DNA from: Squalus acanthias
Taxonomy: Eukaryota
Direction: 5' to 3'
Assembly (NCBI GenBank): GCA_030390025.1
Contig: CM059431.1
Span: forward strand, 144,028,001 to 144,092,000
Length of the DNA stretch: 64,000 nucleotides
Shown here: positions 51,902 to 64,000 of the stretch, in pieces
Position numbering within the stretch: the first letter of the stretch is position 1
Layout: every line of letters begins with the position of its first letter
Notes under the pieces: generated by a model
Database searches by the model: none
What the model was told of the DNA's origin: nothing
Seen by the model: the letters and a program-made list of their open reading frames with translations, nothing else
Program-made: the position numbers and the translations under genes

Positions 51902-51958
51902 GCACAGCTCTATGAGATGTACCTCCATCAGTGTGTCTCTGAACAGGAACTGAGCTAA
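51902..51958 (+). CDS. NTPase coding exon 12 (last)
   Basis: ttgcag|AQLYEMYLHQCVSEQELS*; total CDS 1350 nt = 449 aa + stop. Confidence 0.87.
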   Translation, partial: AQLYEMYLHQCVSEQELS

Positions 51959-52032
51959 AACTGACCAGCAGTAGGACTTTGGAAAGTGAGAGAATTACAT
52001 GATGCGATTTCTAACTCTGGGCTCCCATGAGT

Positions 52033-54655
52033 GCACGGTGGTATAGTGTTTATGTTATTGATCTAGTATTCCAGAGGCCTGGGATAATGATCTGGAGACG
52101 TGAGTTCACATCCCACCACGGTAGCTGAGGAATTTAAATACAGTTAATTAAATAAAAGTCTGGAATAAAAAGCTAGTATCAGTAATGGTGAGCATGAAAA
52201 TATCAGATTGTCGTAAAACCCCATCTGGTTCAATAATGTCCTTTAGGGAAGGAAATCTGCTGACATTACCTGGTCTGGCTGATATGTGACTCCAGACCCA
52301 CTGCAATGTGCTTGACTCTGAAGGGGCCTCTGAAATGGAGTAGCAATTCACTCAGTTGAACCAAACCGCTGCGAATAAGAATATAACCGGACGGAAATCC
52401 TGGCATCGACCTCGGCACTCGCATAGCCAGCCCAGTCGAACCTGCCAAATCCTCCTCACGAACATTAGGGACTTTTCCCAAAATTGGGAGAGCTGTCCCA
52501 CAGACTAGTCAAGCAACAGCGTGACATAGTCATACTCACAGAATCATAACTTTCAGCCAATGTCCCAGACACCCCCATCACCATCCCTGGTTATGTCCTG
52601 TCCCACCAGAGATGGGGGCACAGTGGTATACATTCGGGAAGGCTTGGACCTGGGAGTCCTCAACATTGACTGGGAACCCCATGAAGGCTCATGGCTTCAG
52701 GTCAAGCATGGACAAGGAACCCGCCTGCTAATTACCACCTACCGCCCTTACTAAGCTGATGAGTCAGTGCTCCACCATGTTGAGCACCAGTTGGAAGAAG
52801 CACTGAGAGTAGAAAAGGCACATAATGTACTCTGGGTGGGGGTCTTCAATGTCCATCACCAAGAGTGTCTCGGTAGCACCACTACTAGCCGAGTCCTGAA
52901 GGACATTGCTGCCAGTCTGTGCCAGCAGCAGGTGGTGAGAGAACCAACACGAGGGAAAAATCTACTTGACCTCGTCCTGACAAATCTACCTGTCGCAGAT
53001 GCAGCAAGCAGTGGTAGCACTGACCACCGCAATGTTATTGTGGAGATGAAGTCCCGTCTTCACACTGAGGACACCCTCCATCGTGTTGTGTGGCACTACC
53101 ACTGTGCTAAATGGGAAAATTCAGAACAGATCTAGCAATTCAAAACTGGGCATCCATGAGGCGCTGTGGGCCATGAGCAGCAGCAGAATTGTATTCCACC
53201 GCAATCTGTAACCTCATGGCCCCGCATATCCTTCAATTTCCCATTTCATTCGAGGCAGGGTACCGAACCTGGTTCAATAAGGAGTGCAGAAGAGTATGCG
53301 AGGAGAAACAGCAGGCGTACCTAAAAATGGGTTGCCAAACTGGGGAAGCTGCAACACAGGTACGTGCAGGTTAAACAGTGGAAGAAGCATGCTATAATCA
53401 GAGCTAAGCGATCCCATAATCAACGAATCAGATCAAAGCTCTGCAGTCCTGCCACATCCAGTTGTGAATGGTGGTGGACAATTAAACAACTAACGGGAGG
53501 AGGAGGCTCCATTATTATCCCCATCCTCATTGATGGCAGAGCCCAGCACGTGAGGGCAAAAGACAAGGCTGATGCGTTTGCAACCATCTTCAGCCAGAAC
53601 AGTCGAGTAGATGATCCATATCGGCAGCCTTTTGAGGTTCCACACCGTCACAGAAGCCAGTCTTCAGCAAATTCAATTCACTCCACGTGATAACACGAAA
53701 CGGCTGAGCCCACTGAATACAGCAAATGCTGTGGTTCCGGACAAGATCCCAGCTGTCGTGCTGAAGACTTGTGCTCCAGAACTAGCTGCGCCTCTAGCCA
53801 AGCTGTTCCAGTACAGCTGCAACACTGGCATCAGTACAGCTGCAACACTGGCATCTGTTCGACAATGTGGAAAAGTGGCCAAGTATGTCCTGTCCACAAA
53901 AAGCAGGACAAATCCAAACCGGCCAATTACCGCACGATCCGTCTACGCTCAATGATCAGCAAAGTGATGGAAGTTGTCATCGACAGTGCTCTCAAGCGGC
54001 GCTTACTCACCAATAACCTGCTCACCAAAGCTCAGTTTGGGTTCCCGCAGGACCATTCGGCTGCAGAGCTCATTACAGCCTTGGTCCAAACACGGACACA
54101 AGAGCTGAATTCCAGAGGAGAGGTGAGAGTGACATCAAGGCTGCATTTCACCGAATGTGGCATCAAGGAGCCATGGTAAAAGAGAAGTCAGTGGGAATCA
54201 GGGGGTAAAGGCACCACTGGCTGGAGTCATACCTAGCACAAATGAAGATAACTGTGGTGGTTGGACGTCAATCATCAGAACCCCATGACATCGCTGCAGG
54301 TGATCCTCAGCTTAATGTCCTCGGCCCAACAATCGTCAGCTGCTTCAGCAATGACCTTCCCTCCATCATAAGCTCAGAATTGGGGATGTTTGCTGATGAT
54401 TACACAGTTTTCAGTTCCATTCCTAACTCCTCAGATAATGAAGCAGTCCATGCCCGCATGCAGCAAGACCTGGACGACATTCAGGCTTGGCCTGATAAGT
54501 GGCAAGAAACTTTCACGCCACACAAGTGACAGGCAATGATTATCTCCAACAGAGAGAGTTTAACCACCGCCCCTTGACATTCAACGGCATTACCATCACT
54601 GAATATCCCACCTTCAATATGCTGGGGATCACCGATGAACAGAAACCTGACCATG
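52033..54655 (+). mobile_element. CR1-clade LINE with tRNA-like 5' head, APE endonuclease + RT, degraded, 3' end missing
   Basis: Head TGGTATAGTGT / GAGTTCACATCC; EN motifs DIVILTES, TYRP, WVGVFNVHH, LDLVLTN, TDH; RT QFGF, FADD. Confidence 0.88.
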
Positions 54656-54794
54656 ATGCTCTGCTCATTATAATAGATTGATCACTGTAGCCTAACGTCC
54701 CCGCACCCCCCCCGCCCGACCTTTTCATTATAAATGGCTCAAACCAACTAGAAGCATATGGCTGAGGAGACGGGCCAGCATGGACTTCTTATTA

Positions 54795-55860
54795 CAACAA
54801 CGTTCATTAATATAGCGCAATTAAATTAATAAAAATCACAAGGCGCTTCCAATGAGCGTAATCAGACACAAAGGGCTAAGGAGCCAAAAAAGGAGACACG
54901 TGGACAAGTGACCAAAAGCTTGATCAGAGGTAGGTTTTAAGGAGAGTCTGAACGGAGAGGAGAAATGCAGAGTTTCAGGGATGGAATTTCAATTTTTAGA
55001 GCCTATAAAACTAAAGGCACGGCTGCCAATGGTGGGGCGAAGAAAGTGGAGGACGCACAGGAGGAAATTTTTGGCTCATCCTTGAATGGAGGGCAGACAA
55101 GCTATTTAACAACACAGAGACAGTGGAGGAGTTAAGAGAGTTGGTGGTGAGGTAGAGTTGTGTGTCTTCAGCATACACGTGGAATCTGATGTGGTGTTTT
55201 CGGCTGATGTTGCCAAGGCGCAGTATGTCGATGCGAAATAGAAGGAACAAAGAGTATAACCTTTGGAGTTAGAGGTGACGGTGCGAGAGCGCGAAGATAA
55301 GCCATTTCAGGATATTCTCTGGCTTCGACTGCATTGGTAAGTGTGGAACCAGGCGAGGGCTGTTCCACACAGCTGTAAAATGGAGAAGAAGCGTGGAGAA
55401 GGATGGTGTTGTCAATCGTGTCAAAGACGGGAAGAATGAAGAGGGAGAGTGCACCATGGCCACAGTCACAGAGGATATAATTTGTGACTTCAATAAGCGC
55501 CGTTTCAAGTGCTGCCCAAAGGCAGAAACTAGATTGCAGAGATTCAAACAGGGAATTGTGGGAAAGATGGACAGGTTTTTGGGAGGCTACAATAGGATCA
55601 TGTAATTTAGACAGGAATATGATGTTGGAGATGGGGCGCTAGATTGCAAAAGTCAGCGGGGATCAAGGGTGAATTTGTCAGGAGGGAGTGATGGAGGCAG
55701 ATGGAAAGGGAATAGACAGTACCAGAGCAGAGGGAACCATTCACAACATCAAATCGCATGGGGCTACGAAGAGAAAGTGGAAGGTCAGCTGTTTAGCGGC
55801 AATGGGTTAAGGCAGCAGGAGGTGGTTTTCGGGGACAACATGCGCTTGGACCGTACATGA
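54795..55860 (-). mobile_element. L2 LINE fragments
   Basis: HIRFHVYAEDTQLY (YADDTQLY motif) in ORF 55011-55250; L2 tail near 54800. Confidence 0.8.
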
Positions 55861-56009
55861 AGGGTAATAGGGGAATTCATGGGAATACAGTAAGTGTATA
55901 ATTAAATTGCAAAGTCAGGAAAATTTAGCAGAAGGCAGCAATTCTTTGGTTAAAAATAGAATAAAGGAGACTTTAGGCGTAGACAACAATTGTCTATTTA
56001 TCAGTAGAA

Positions 56010-58025
56010 TAACGGGATCTATAGGGGAACACAGTAACTGTGTAATTAGAGATAGAGGACAGGGAAGTTAGGGAACACAGTAACTGTTTAATTAGAGATA
56101 GAGGACAGGGAAATTTAGGGGAACACAGTAATGGTGTAGTTAGTGATAGAGGACAGGATAATTTAGGGGATCACAGTAACTGTGTAATTAGAGATAGAGG
56201 ACAGGATAATTTAGGCGAATACAGTAACTGTGTAATTAGAGATAGAGTACAGGGTAATTTAGGGGAACACAGTAATTGTGTAATTAGAGATAGAGGACAG
56301 GGTAATTTAGGGGAACACAGTAACTGTGAAATTAGAGATAGAGGACAGGGTAATTTAGGGGAACACAGTAACTGCGTAATTTTGATACACAACAGGGTAA
56401 TTTAGGGGAACACAGTAACAGTGTAATTAGAGATAGAGGACAGGGTAATTTAGGGGAACACAGTAACTGTGCAATTAGAGATAGAGGACAGGGTCATGTA
56501 GGGCAACAGAGTAACTGATTAATTAGAGATAGAGGAAAGGGTAATTTAAGGGAACACAGTAACTGTGTAATTAGACATAGAGGACAGGGTAATTTAGTGG
56601 AACACAGTAACTGTGTAATTAGAGATAGAGGACAGGGTAATTTAGGGGTAAACAGTAACTGTGTAGTTAGTGATACAGGACAGGGTAATTTAGGGGAACA
56701 CAGTAGCTGTGTAATTAGAGATAGAAGACAGGGCAATTTAGGCTAAAACAGTTAATGTTTAATTAGAGACAGAGGACAGGGTAATTTAGAGGACCACAGT
56801 AACTTTGTAATTAGAGATGGAGGACAGGGTAATTTCGGCGAACACAGCAACTTTATAATTAGAGTTAGAGGACAGGGTAATTTAGCGGAACACAGTAACT
56901 GTGTAATTAGAGATAGAAGACAGGGTAATTTTGGGGAACACAGTAACTGTGTAATTAGAGATAGAGGACTGTGTAATTTAGGCGAACACAGTAACTGTGT
57001 AATTAGAGATAGAGGACAGGGTAATTTAGGGGAACACAGTAACTGTGGAAGTAGAGATAGAGGACAGCGTAATTTAGGGAAACACAGTAACTGTGTAATT
57101 CGTAATCGAGGTCACGGTAATTTAGGGAAACACAGTAACTGTGTAAGTAGATATAGAGGACAGGGCAATTTAGGGGAACACAGTAACTGTAATTAGAGAT
57201 ACAGGACAGGTTAATTTTGGGGAACACAGTAACTGTAATTAGAGATAGAGGACATGGTAATTTAGGGGAACACATAAACTGCAATTAGAGATAGATGACA
57301 GGGTCATTGAGGGGGACACGGTAACTGTGTAATGAGAGAGAGAGGACAGGGTAATTTAGGGGAACACAGTAACTTTGTAATTAGAGATAGAGGACAGTGT
57401 AATTTAGGGGAACACAGTAACTTTGTAATTAGAGATGGAGGACAGGGTAATTTCGGGGAACACAGCAACTGTATAATTAGAGATAAAGGACAGGGTAATT
57501 TAGCGGAACACAGTAAATGTAATTAGAGATAGAAGATAGGGTAATTTTGGGGAACACAGTAACTGTGTAATTAGAGATAGAGGACTGTGTAATTTAGGGG
57601 GACACAATAACTGTGTAATTAGAGATAGAGGACAGGGTAATTTAGGGGAACACAGTAACTGTGATATTAGAGATAGAGGACAGGGTAATTTAGGGGAACA
57701 CAGTAACTGTGGAATTAGAGATAGAGGACAGCGTAATTTAGGGAAACACAGTTACTGTGTAATTAGAGATAGAGGACAGGGTAATTTAGGGGAACACAGT
57801 AACTGTAATTAGAGATAGAGGACAGGGTAATTGAGGGGAACACGGTAAATTTAATTAGAGATAGAGGACAGGGTAATTTAGGGGAACACAGTAACTGTAA
57901 TTAGAGATACAGGACAGGTTAATTTTGGGGAACACAGTAACTGTATAATTAGAGATAGAGGGCAGCGGAAGTAAGGGAAACATGATAACTTTTTAATTAG
58001 AAATAGAGGACAGGAGAATTATGGG
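56010..58025. repeat. 48-bp tandem repeat (GGGGAACACAGTAACTGTGTAATTAGAGATAGAGGACAGGGTAATTTA)n
   Basis: About 40 units, some 46-bp variants. Confidence 0.95.
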
Positions 58026-59303
58026 CAATGCTGTAGCTCTATATTTATAAATGGAGACCAGCGGGAAACATAAACCATTTATTTAGAAGTAGGGACAAGG
58101 ACATATATTAACCGTTTAATAACAAATAGAGGGCACAGGAATGCCAGGAGAACACAACAACTGTTCAATAAGAAAAGCAAAATAGAGCGGATGCTGGAAT
58201 CTGAAATAACAACAGAAAATGTTGGAAACTCTCAGCAGGTCAGGCCGCATCGAGGTGAGAGAAACAGAGTCAACTTTTCGGAGCGAACCCTTCGTCAGAA
58301 TTGGAAAAGTATAGGGAAGAAAGATTTTTAAGTAGTGGCTGTTGAATTAGAAACGAGGGCGAGAATCACAACTCCATGGAATGGAATTTGACACGTTAAT
58401 TTAATGGTTAACTTTGCTTTCTATTTTATTTTCTGATTTTGGATGATGTGGTTGATTACATATCGACTTCTCACGATTGTAGCTGGGTGCAGATGCATCG
58501 CATCTGAGTCTGATGGACAGAAAACCTCTGCATGAAACCTGACTGGTGACTTAAGTACTGTTGGTCGTCTGACTCCAGTTAAATGAGAATGTGCCTGTTA
58601 CACAGAATTACTCCAAACTCATAATCACTGCCCCAGAAGCTGGACGGCAGCCGGATTGGCAAAGCCTGGGCTCCAGGGAGACTTGAAACCAAGTGGAGTT
58701 TGGCTTTTACAGAAGCTCAGGATCAAGTGGAAATTTGAAGAGTGACGGGTAAAGAGGGCACTTAATCACAATTAATAAATGAAGCTCATTCACAAAGTAC
58801 TGAAGCTATTGTTAGCGAAAGGTTTTCAATCAGATTCTTGAACATTGAAGTAATGTGGCATAGGTATTTTAAGCGCACAGTATATGCAATAGTAATTAAA
58901 TATAAAATTAAAGGTACTAACTACAATCACAGCTGCTGATTGTTGTTTGGGGATTCAAACGTGTTGTATTTCTGAACTCAGTATCTTGGACCATTGCGAA
59001 TGCTCATTCCAAACTGTCACTTTTCCACTGCCTCTTCGTATCAATCCTAACAATTTTGCATTATCTAATCATATAGATGTGAAAATACAACTGCATAAAA
59101 GGAAAATTTAATGGACTCATCTTTTTATCATAAATAATAGTTTTATTTACTTAAAGAGGACATTTTCCTTTGGGCTGACCCGTATAATTACCTTAGTTCG
59201 TAATATTACCAATAATTTCACTATTGTTCCTTTAATTGCAATTCAAACAAGTGAATACTTTAATTATAAATCTGTCTTTATTTCTGCACCGTTTGTATCA
59301 ATT

Positions 59304-59637
59304 AACTCGCCAAGGCTCCTTCGGCGGCAGCTTCCAAATCCGTGAGCTTTTCCACCTAGAAGGACAAGCCCAGCAGGCGCAGGGCAACACCACCACCTCC
59401 TAGTTCCCCTCCAAATCACATACCATCCTGACTTGGAAGTATATCGCCGTTCCTTCATCATCGCTGGCTCAAAATCCTGGAATTCCCTCCCTAACAGCAC
59501 TGTAGGAGTACCTTCACCGCAGGGACTGCAGCGGTTCAAGAGGGCAGCTCACCAGCACCTTCTCAAGGGCAATTAGGGATGGGCAATAAATGCTGGCCCT
59601 GCCAGCGCCTCCCACATCCCATGAACGAATAAAAAAA
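59304..59637 (+). mobile_element. 3' end of CR1-clade LINE
   Basis: SWNSLPNSTV..LQRFKRAAHQHLLKGN* then CCCACATCCCATGAACGAATAAAAAAA. Confidence 0.85.
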
Positions 59638-61391
59638 TGATGATGTCAGTCGAGATGCTTTCTTTTACATAACAAACAGATTTCGAACACTGTTATCAAA
59701 TGATTGAAGTTCTCTGAAATGTATGAATCAGTTTACAATGACATGTCTTTAATTACATTTCTTCTTACTGCAACCTGAATCTGACCATTGCTGCAGGGTG
59801 AGCCCTCGCTCATCAGCTCAGTGCTAATTTAAATTGACTGCTTAACAGGCAAAGGCTAAAGGTTAACATTACTACAATATTAAGATAAACCAATACAGTA
59901 TAATATTATCATACTTCAGGACCGTCTGATTCTCCCTTCCCGTACAGTGCCCTCTGTCGTAGCATTAGAGTATTTAAGGTCAGCATTAAACTATATCTCA
60001 TCAGCAACGTATATCTATCGCGGTCTATTCTTTTGTGCAGATCTCTACACATCGGTTTCACACATTAAACTCTCCAGAGCCACATTAACCTTTTCAATTA
60101 CCGTTTTTTTGAACTTCATTGACCGTGTCTTGGACCTGTTCGCCATGCAATCTTCATCATGCATATTGCAGGCTAGTTGCTTCTTGCACAACACGTCACT
60201 TCTGCACACACAGCGATAATCCAGGACCATGCAGCGCAATACATCCGACACAAAACATTCCTGCCCTTTCTGTCAATCTATCGAACGATCGGCGGGTGGG
60301 GGGGGGGGGGGGGGGCGGATTCTGTAGATGTTGGATTTCAAACTATCAGCTACATACTTCTCGTTATTTAGTTTAAGCAAGTACACAACCATCTCCAACG
60401 GAAAGCTATCAATTAACAATCTTAACTAAAATTTCTTGACGTTCACGAGATTGTGCATTGATTCCAGACATTTTTTTATGAGTCGTGCCAAGGTGACTAA
60501 AGTTAAGAAGGGACATGGCAGCATAGACAGAAGAAGACAGCTTCCATTAGTTGAGGATCAAGAACTATCTGCCGTAGATAAAGGAATAAATGGAAGAGAT
60601 TTAGAACTGAATGTAGGATAACCCTCTTTACATGGAGAGTTGTGAGGCTTTGGAATTCATAGAGGGAGAAATGATGTCCATCTCAAGTTTAAATTGAATA
60701 TATCAATGAATAAAAATAGGTTGATGGGATGTTGAGATAAGGCGGGTAAAGAGAATGGAACTATTTTCTCGGGTGCAGTGTAAACGCGGACACGGACTGG
60801 TTGGGTAAAATGATCGGTTCCCCTGTAACCAATTCTACAAAATGTTGATGACCAGTTTGGGATTTAAGTAAATATCTGTGAACTAAGATGTCTAATGTCA
60901 CATTGACGAGTCAAGTTCCTACTGTCTCCATCATCAGACACTGATCAGGAGACAGGGCCCCGTTCGATTGGCCCAGGAGTCAATGCGGGGCGGAGTCTGA
61001 TGGGGAGACCAGCGCCTGCAACATTCACACCGAGATTACAGAATTACAGATAACCACCATTGTGAAACGTTGTTTCTACACTATAGAAGACTTTATCTGT
61101 TAATTAATCTGGGGCGTCTCATTCCAGTACCTGCGGTGTGAGGCAGTTAACGCTAACGCCCACATGTTCTACTCCACTGCTGAAGCTCAGTCTTGACTGT
61201 TCTCTTTGAATCTTGAGCGGGAAATGCGCTGTTTTACGGAAATCGGTTCTGTTCACCCGAGGAAAGCAGCAGACATCAAACACACGGCACAAAGTGGGAG
61301 ATATATTTTCTGATACTTTTTTATTTTCACAACAGCAAACCATACTAATTGAACTCTAGTTTGGACAAGAATCTTTGTTTTATTTTTTCAA

Positions 61392-62284
61392 TTATTTGCA
61401 AATAAATGTCCAAGGAATTTTCATCACCTCCTTCAGCTCTTCCCTGAATTTAGTTTGAGTAGCTGCATAAATACATGTGTTTGTACAGGAACTCAAATAC
61501 ATGAGCATATATCCGGTTTCTGTGGCAATATAGGCAGGGGCGGCATAATCGCCTCTGTAATGCACGGTGCTTGTCAGTCTGGTAGTTAAATTACTGACGA
61601 TATTTGTCAGCCACATCAGTATAAAACTGCCTGATACACTGAACAGTAAAATGATGGATTTCCTTCGGTTCTCCATCTCTGGATCGCTCTGATTCTCACT
61701 GCTGTGACCCCGGAGTCCCCTGCGGGCTCTGCTGGCCACTAAAATACGTCTGGCTGTCAAACAATTAAACAGTAATGTCAAAGCAAAACTAAGCCAAGTA
61801 AAAGAAATGCGACGTAACCAGGAAAACGCCACTCCTACAGGCGATGAAAAAAACTCCACTCTGGAGCGGCAACCCCAGTGAACATTGTTAATTATTCGCT
61901 CAGGTTCAAATGCAAACCAAAACAGGAGGCTCTGTAAACAGATCAGGACAGAGACCGTTGTTATAACCGCGGCCGCAGTTCTCACTCTGCAATACTTGGT
62001 TTTAAACCTCTCACAACATATAGCTACAAATCGGTCAAATGTGAACGAGACTGTGAACCACACCGACAAATACAGGGCGACACATTGCAGGTATATAATG
62101 ATCTTACAAACGACAGTGTAGGACAGAAAGGAAAGTGGAAAGTGATAACGTAAAATGCGATTCACTAATATATTAACGATCATGACCAGTAGATCTGCTG
62201 TTGACATGGCCACCATGTACACAGAGATACATTTTGAAAGGCCGCAGTTTCCTCTGGAGAGAATCACGATCGTCAGTCGGTTCG
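61392..62284 (-). CDS. GPR139/GPR142-like class A orphan GPCR, copy 2, exon 2
   Basis: Acceptor ccttctcacag; FDRFVAIC, WGCR, SSCTNTCIY; with exon 1 gives 320 aa. Confidence 0.9.
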
Positions 62285-63034
62285 CTGTGAGAAGGAGGGA
62301 GAAGAGGCCAGTAATTGGGTCATTGAGATAAATCTCACAGATTATTCTGGGGAAATGATCAGATGTGGTCCTATTCAGCGTTATGCGGACGGGTTTTTTC
62401 ATTAATTTAGGCGATGGTGAAGACATTTTATTTAAAGGAATGAAATCACTGAACATTCAATATCGAGGGACTGAAAATCCGCCGTCCGTCCAGCAAACTT
62501 CATTCAAGTATTAAATATAATTCCACAGCAATTAAAGGAAAGATATAATTCAAATAAAACATTGAACTCCGACAAAAAAAACTTTCAAATTATACTCAAA
62601 CGCTGCCGAGAGGAGGGGAGCACCTTCCTGAGTGAAAATTATTTCGTAAAATACCTTTCAAAATCCCCTGTTGGGTGGAGATTTCTGCAGTCCGAATCAT
62701 TATCTACTTAATGTAGAAAGGGAACAACGGCACATATGAGGTGATTGTTATGGGCACTGAGCAGCACATTCTTTAGTGAGCTATGTGTTGTTGGAGGGGC
62801 CGGGGAATCAGCCTCGCCCTCCCTCAGTATAAGGAGGAACATTGAGCGTCCGGTGCCCGCGACCTAGCGACCAGAACAGTGCCTCGGCGGTCGCGCGGAC
62901 GACTGGGATTGCCGCTAATATTCAACGACAGATCCCGGTGAATAAATGACTCTGCAATGTGGACATTCTCGGACTCTCTTACATTAACACTGAGATAGTC
63001 AACAGGTATTAGGCAACAGGATACATTGACTTAC

Positions 63035-63104
63035 CGGGAATGCCAAATGCTGCGAGTATATGGTAGTAAATGTCCAGTATCTGTAAAATTATTGGCCGTA
63101 CCAT
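63035..63104 (-). CDS. GPCR copy 2, exon 1
   Basis: ATG MVRPIILQILDIYYHILAAFGIP + G|gtaagt; 70 nt as in copy 1. Confidence 0.88.
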
Positions 63105-63183
63105 TGTTTTGAAGATTTGTGTGAATTCTGCGCTGCTTTACGATTCCGAGTAGAGTGTTTCTGAGATCCGTAAATGCTCCCCC

Positions 63184-63189
63184 TTTATA
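63184..63189 (-). promoter_or_regulatory. Candidate TATA box, GPCR copy 2
   Basis: TATAAA about 80 bp upstream of ATG. Confidence 0.55.
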
Positions 63190-63534
63190 GAACAATCGGT
63201 GGCCCGGTGAGATAATCAGGTTGCACAATAATTGGCGTTAGTTACAGTCACTTAACAAACAAGCGGCGAATTTCAACCTCAGTGCGCCCAGGGCGCCAAT
63301 GGGGAAATTGAACAGCTTAGTCCATGAAACATCGTCCTTTACATTCAATGAACGGAAAGTAATCGCAGAGGAAATGGACTCTGCGCATGTCCAGTAAACC
63401 TTGAAGGATAAAGCAAACGTCCCTCCGGACACTGCGTTGATTTCTTGGAGCCTCATCTTAATTTGGTGAAATCGTCACTCATCCATTGCTTAATTAAATT
63501 TGTTTTGTACTGTGATGATGAATAATTTGAATCG

Positions 63535-64000
63535 GATCTAACATTAATGGTGGTGACCCTACTCTAACATTACTGGTGGTGACCCTACTCTAACATTACT
63601 GGTGGTGACGCTACTCTAACATTACTGGTGGTGACCCCACTCTAACATTACTGGTGGTGACTCTACTCTAACATTACTGGTGGTGACCCTACTCTAACAT
63701 TACTGGTGGTGAGTCTACTCAAACATTACTGGTGGTGACGCTACTCCAACTATACTGCTGGTGATTCTGCTCTTACATTACTGGTGCTGACCCTACTCTA
63801 ACATTATTGGTGGTGACACTACTCTGACATTATTGGTGGTGACCCTACACTAACATTACTGGTGGTGACCCTACACTAACATTACTGGTGATGATTCTAC
63901 TCTAACTACACTGGTGGCGACCCTACTCTAACATTACTGGTGGTGACCCTACTCTAACATTATTGATGGTGAACCTACACTAACATTATTGGTGGTGATT
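63535..64000. repeat. 26-bp tandem repeat, second array
   Basis: Same unit as 18690-20330; runs off the window. Confidence 0.95.

Noticed and set aside
24174..51958. Calling the gene EHD1-4, sarcalumenin or a bacterial dynamin transfer
   Set aside because: No EH domain or signal peptide; eleven spliceosomal introns argue against recent transfer.
56171..57526. ORFs with 16-aa repeats (LLCSPKLPCPLSLITQ)
   Set aside because: Translation of the 48-bp satellite, broken by 2-nt indels.
62285..62456. N-terminus of the 354-aa ORF (and 16742-16760 of the 301-aa ORF)
   Set aside because: Intronic read-through; real N-termini come from the 70-nt first exons with conserved splice sites.

Overview
Vertebrate genomic DNA, most likely a cartilaginous fish (shark), judged from CR1/L2/Penelope/Deu-SINE repeats and two-exon GPR139/GPR142-like receptor genes. 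Layout: (1) 1-13.7 kb: retroelement debris with a decayed tRNA cluster (near-intact Trp-CCA; pseudo-Lys, Glu x2, Asn, Trp), partly present as an inverted duplication. (2) Two paralogous intact class A GPCR genes on the minus strand (15855-18316; 61392-63104) within a segmental duplication about 46 kb apart, each preceded by a 26-bp satellite. (3) Between them, a 12-coding-exon plus-strand gene (24174-51958, 449 aa, assembled by hand, not shown whole in the ORF track) encoding an EHD/dynamin-type P-loop NTPase with two C-terminal hydrophobic segments instead of an EH domain. (4) Several minisatellites, a 1.2-kb C/T tract and MITEs. Most notable: the membrane-anchored dynamin-like protein, a CR1-type LINE with a tRNA-like 5' head plus its short derivative SINE, minimal hammerhead ribozyme motifs in Penelope-type repeats, and inverted CR1 copies flanking an in-frame exon 3-8 block. 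Repeat boundaries are approximate; no database search was possible.
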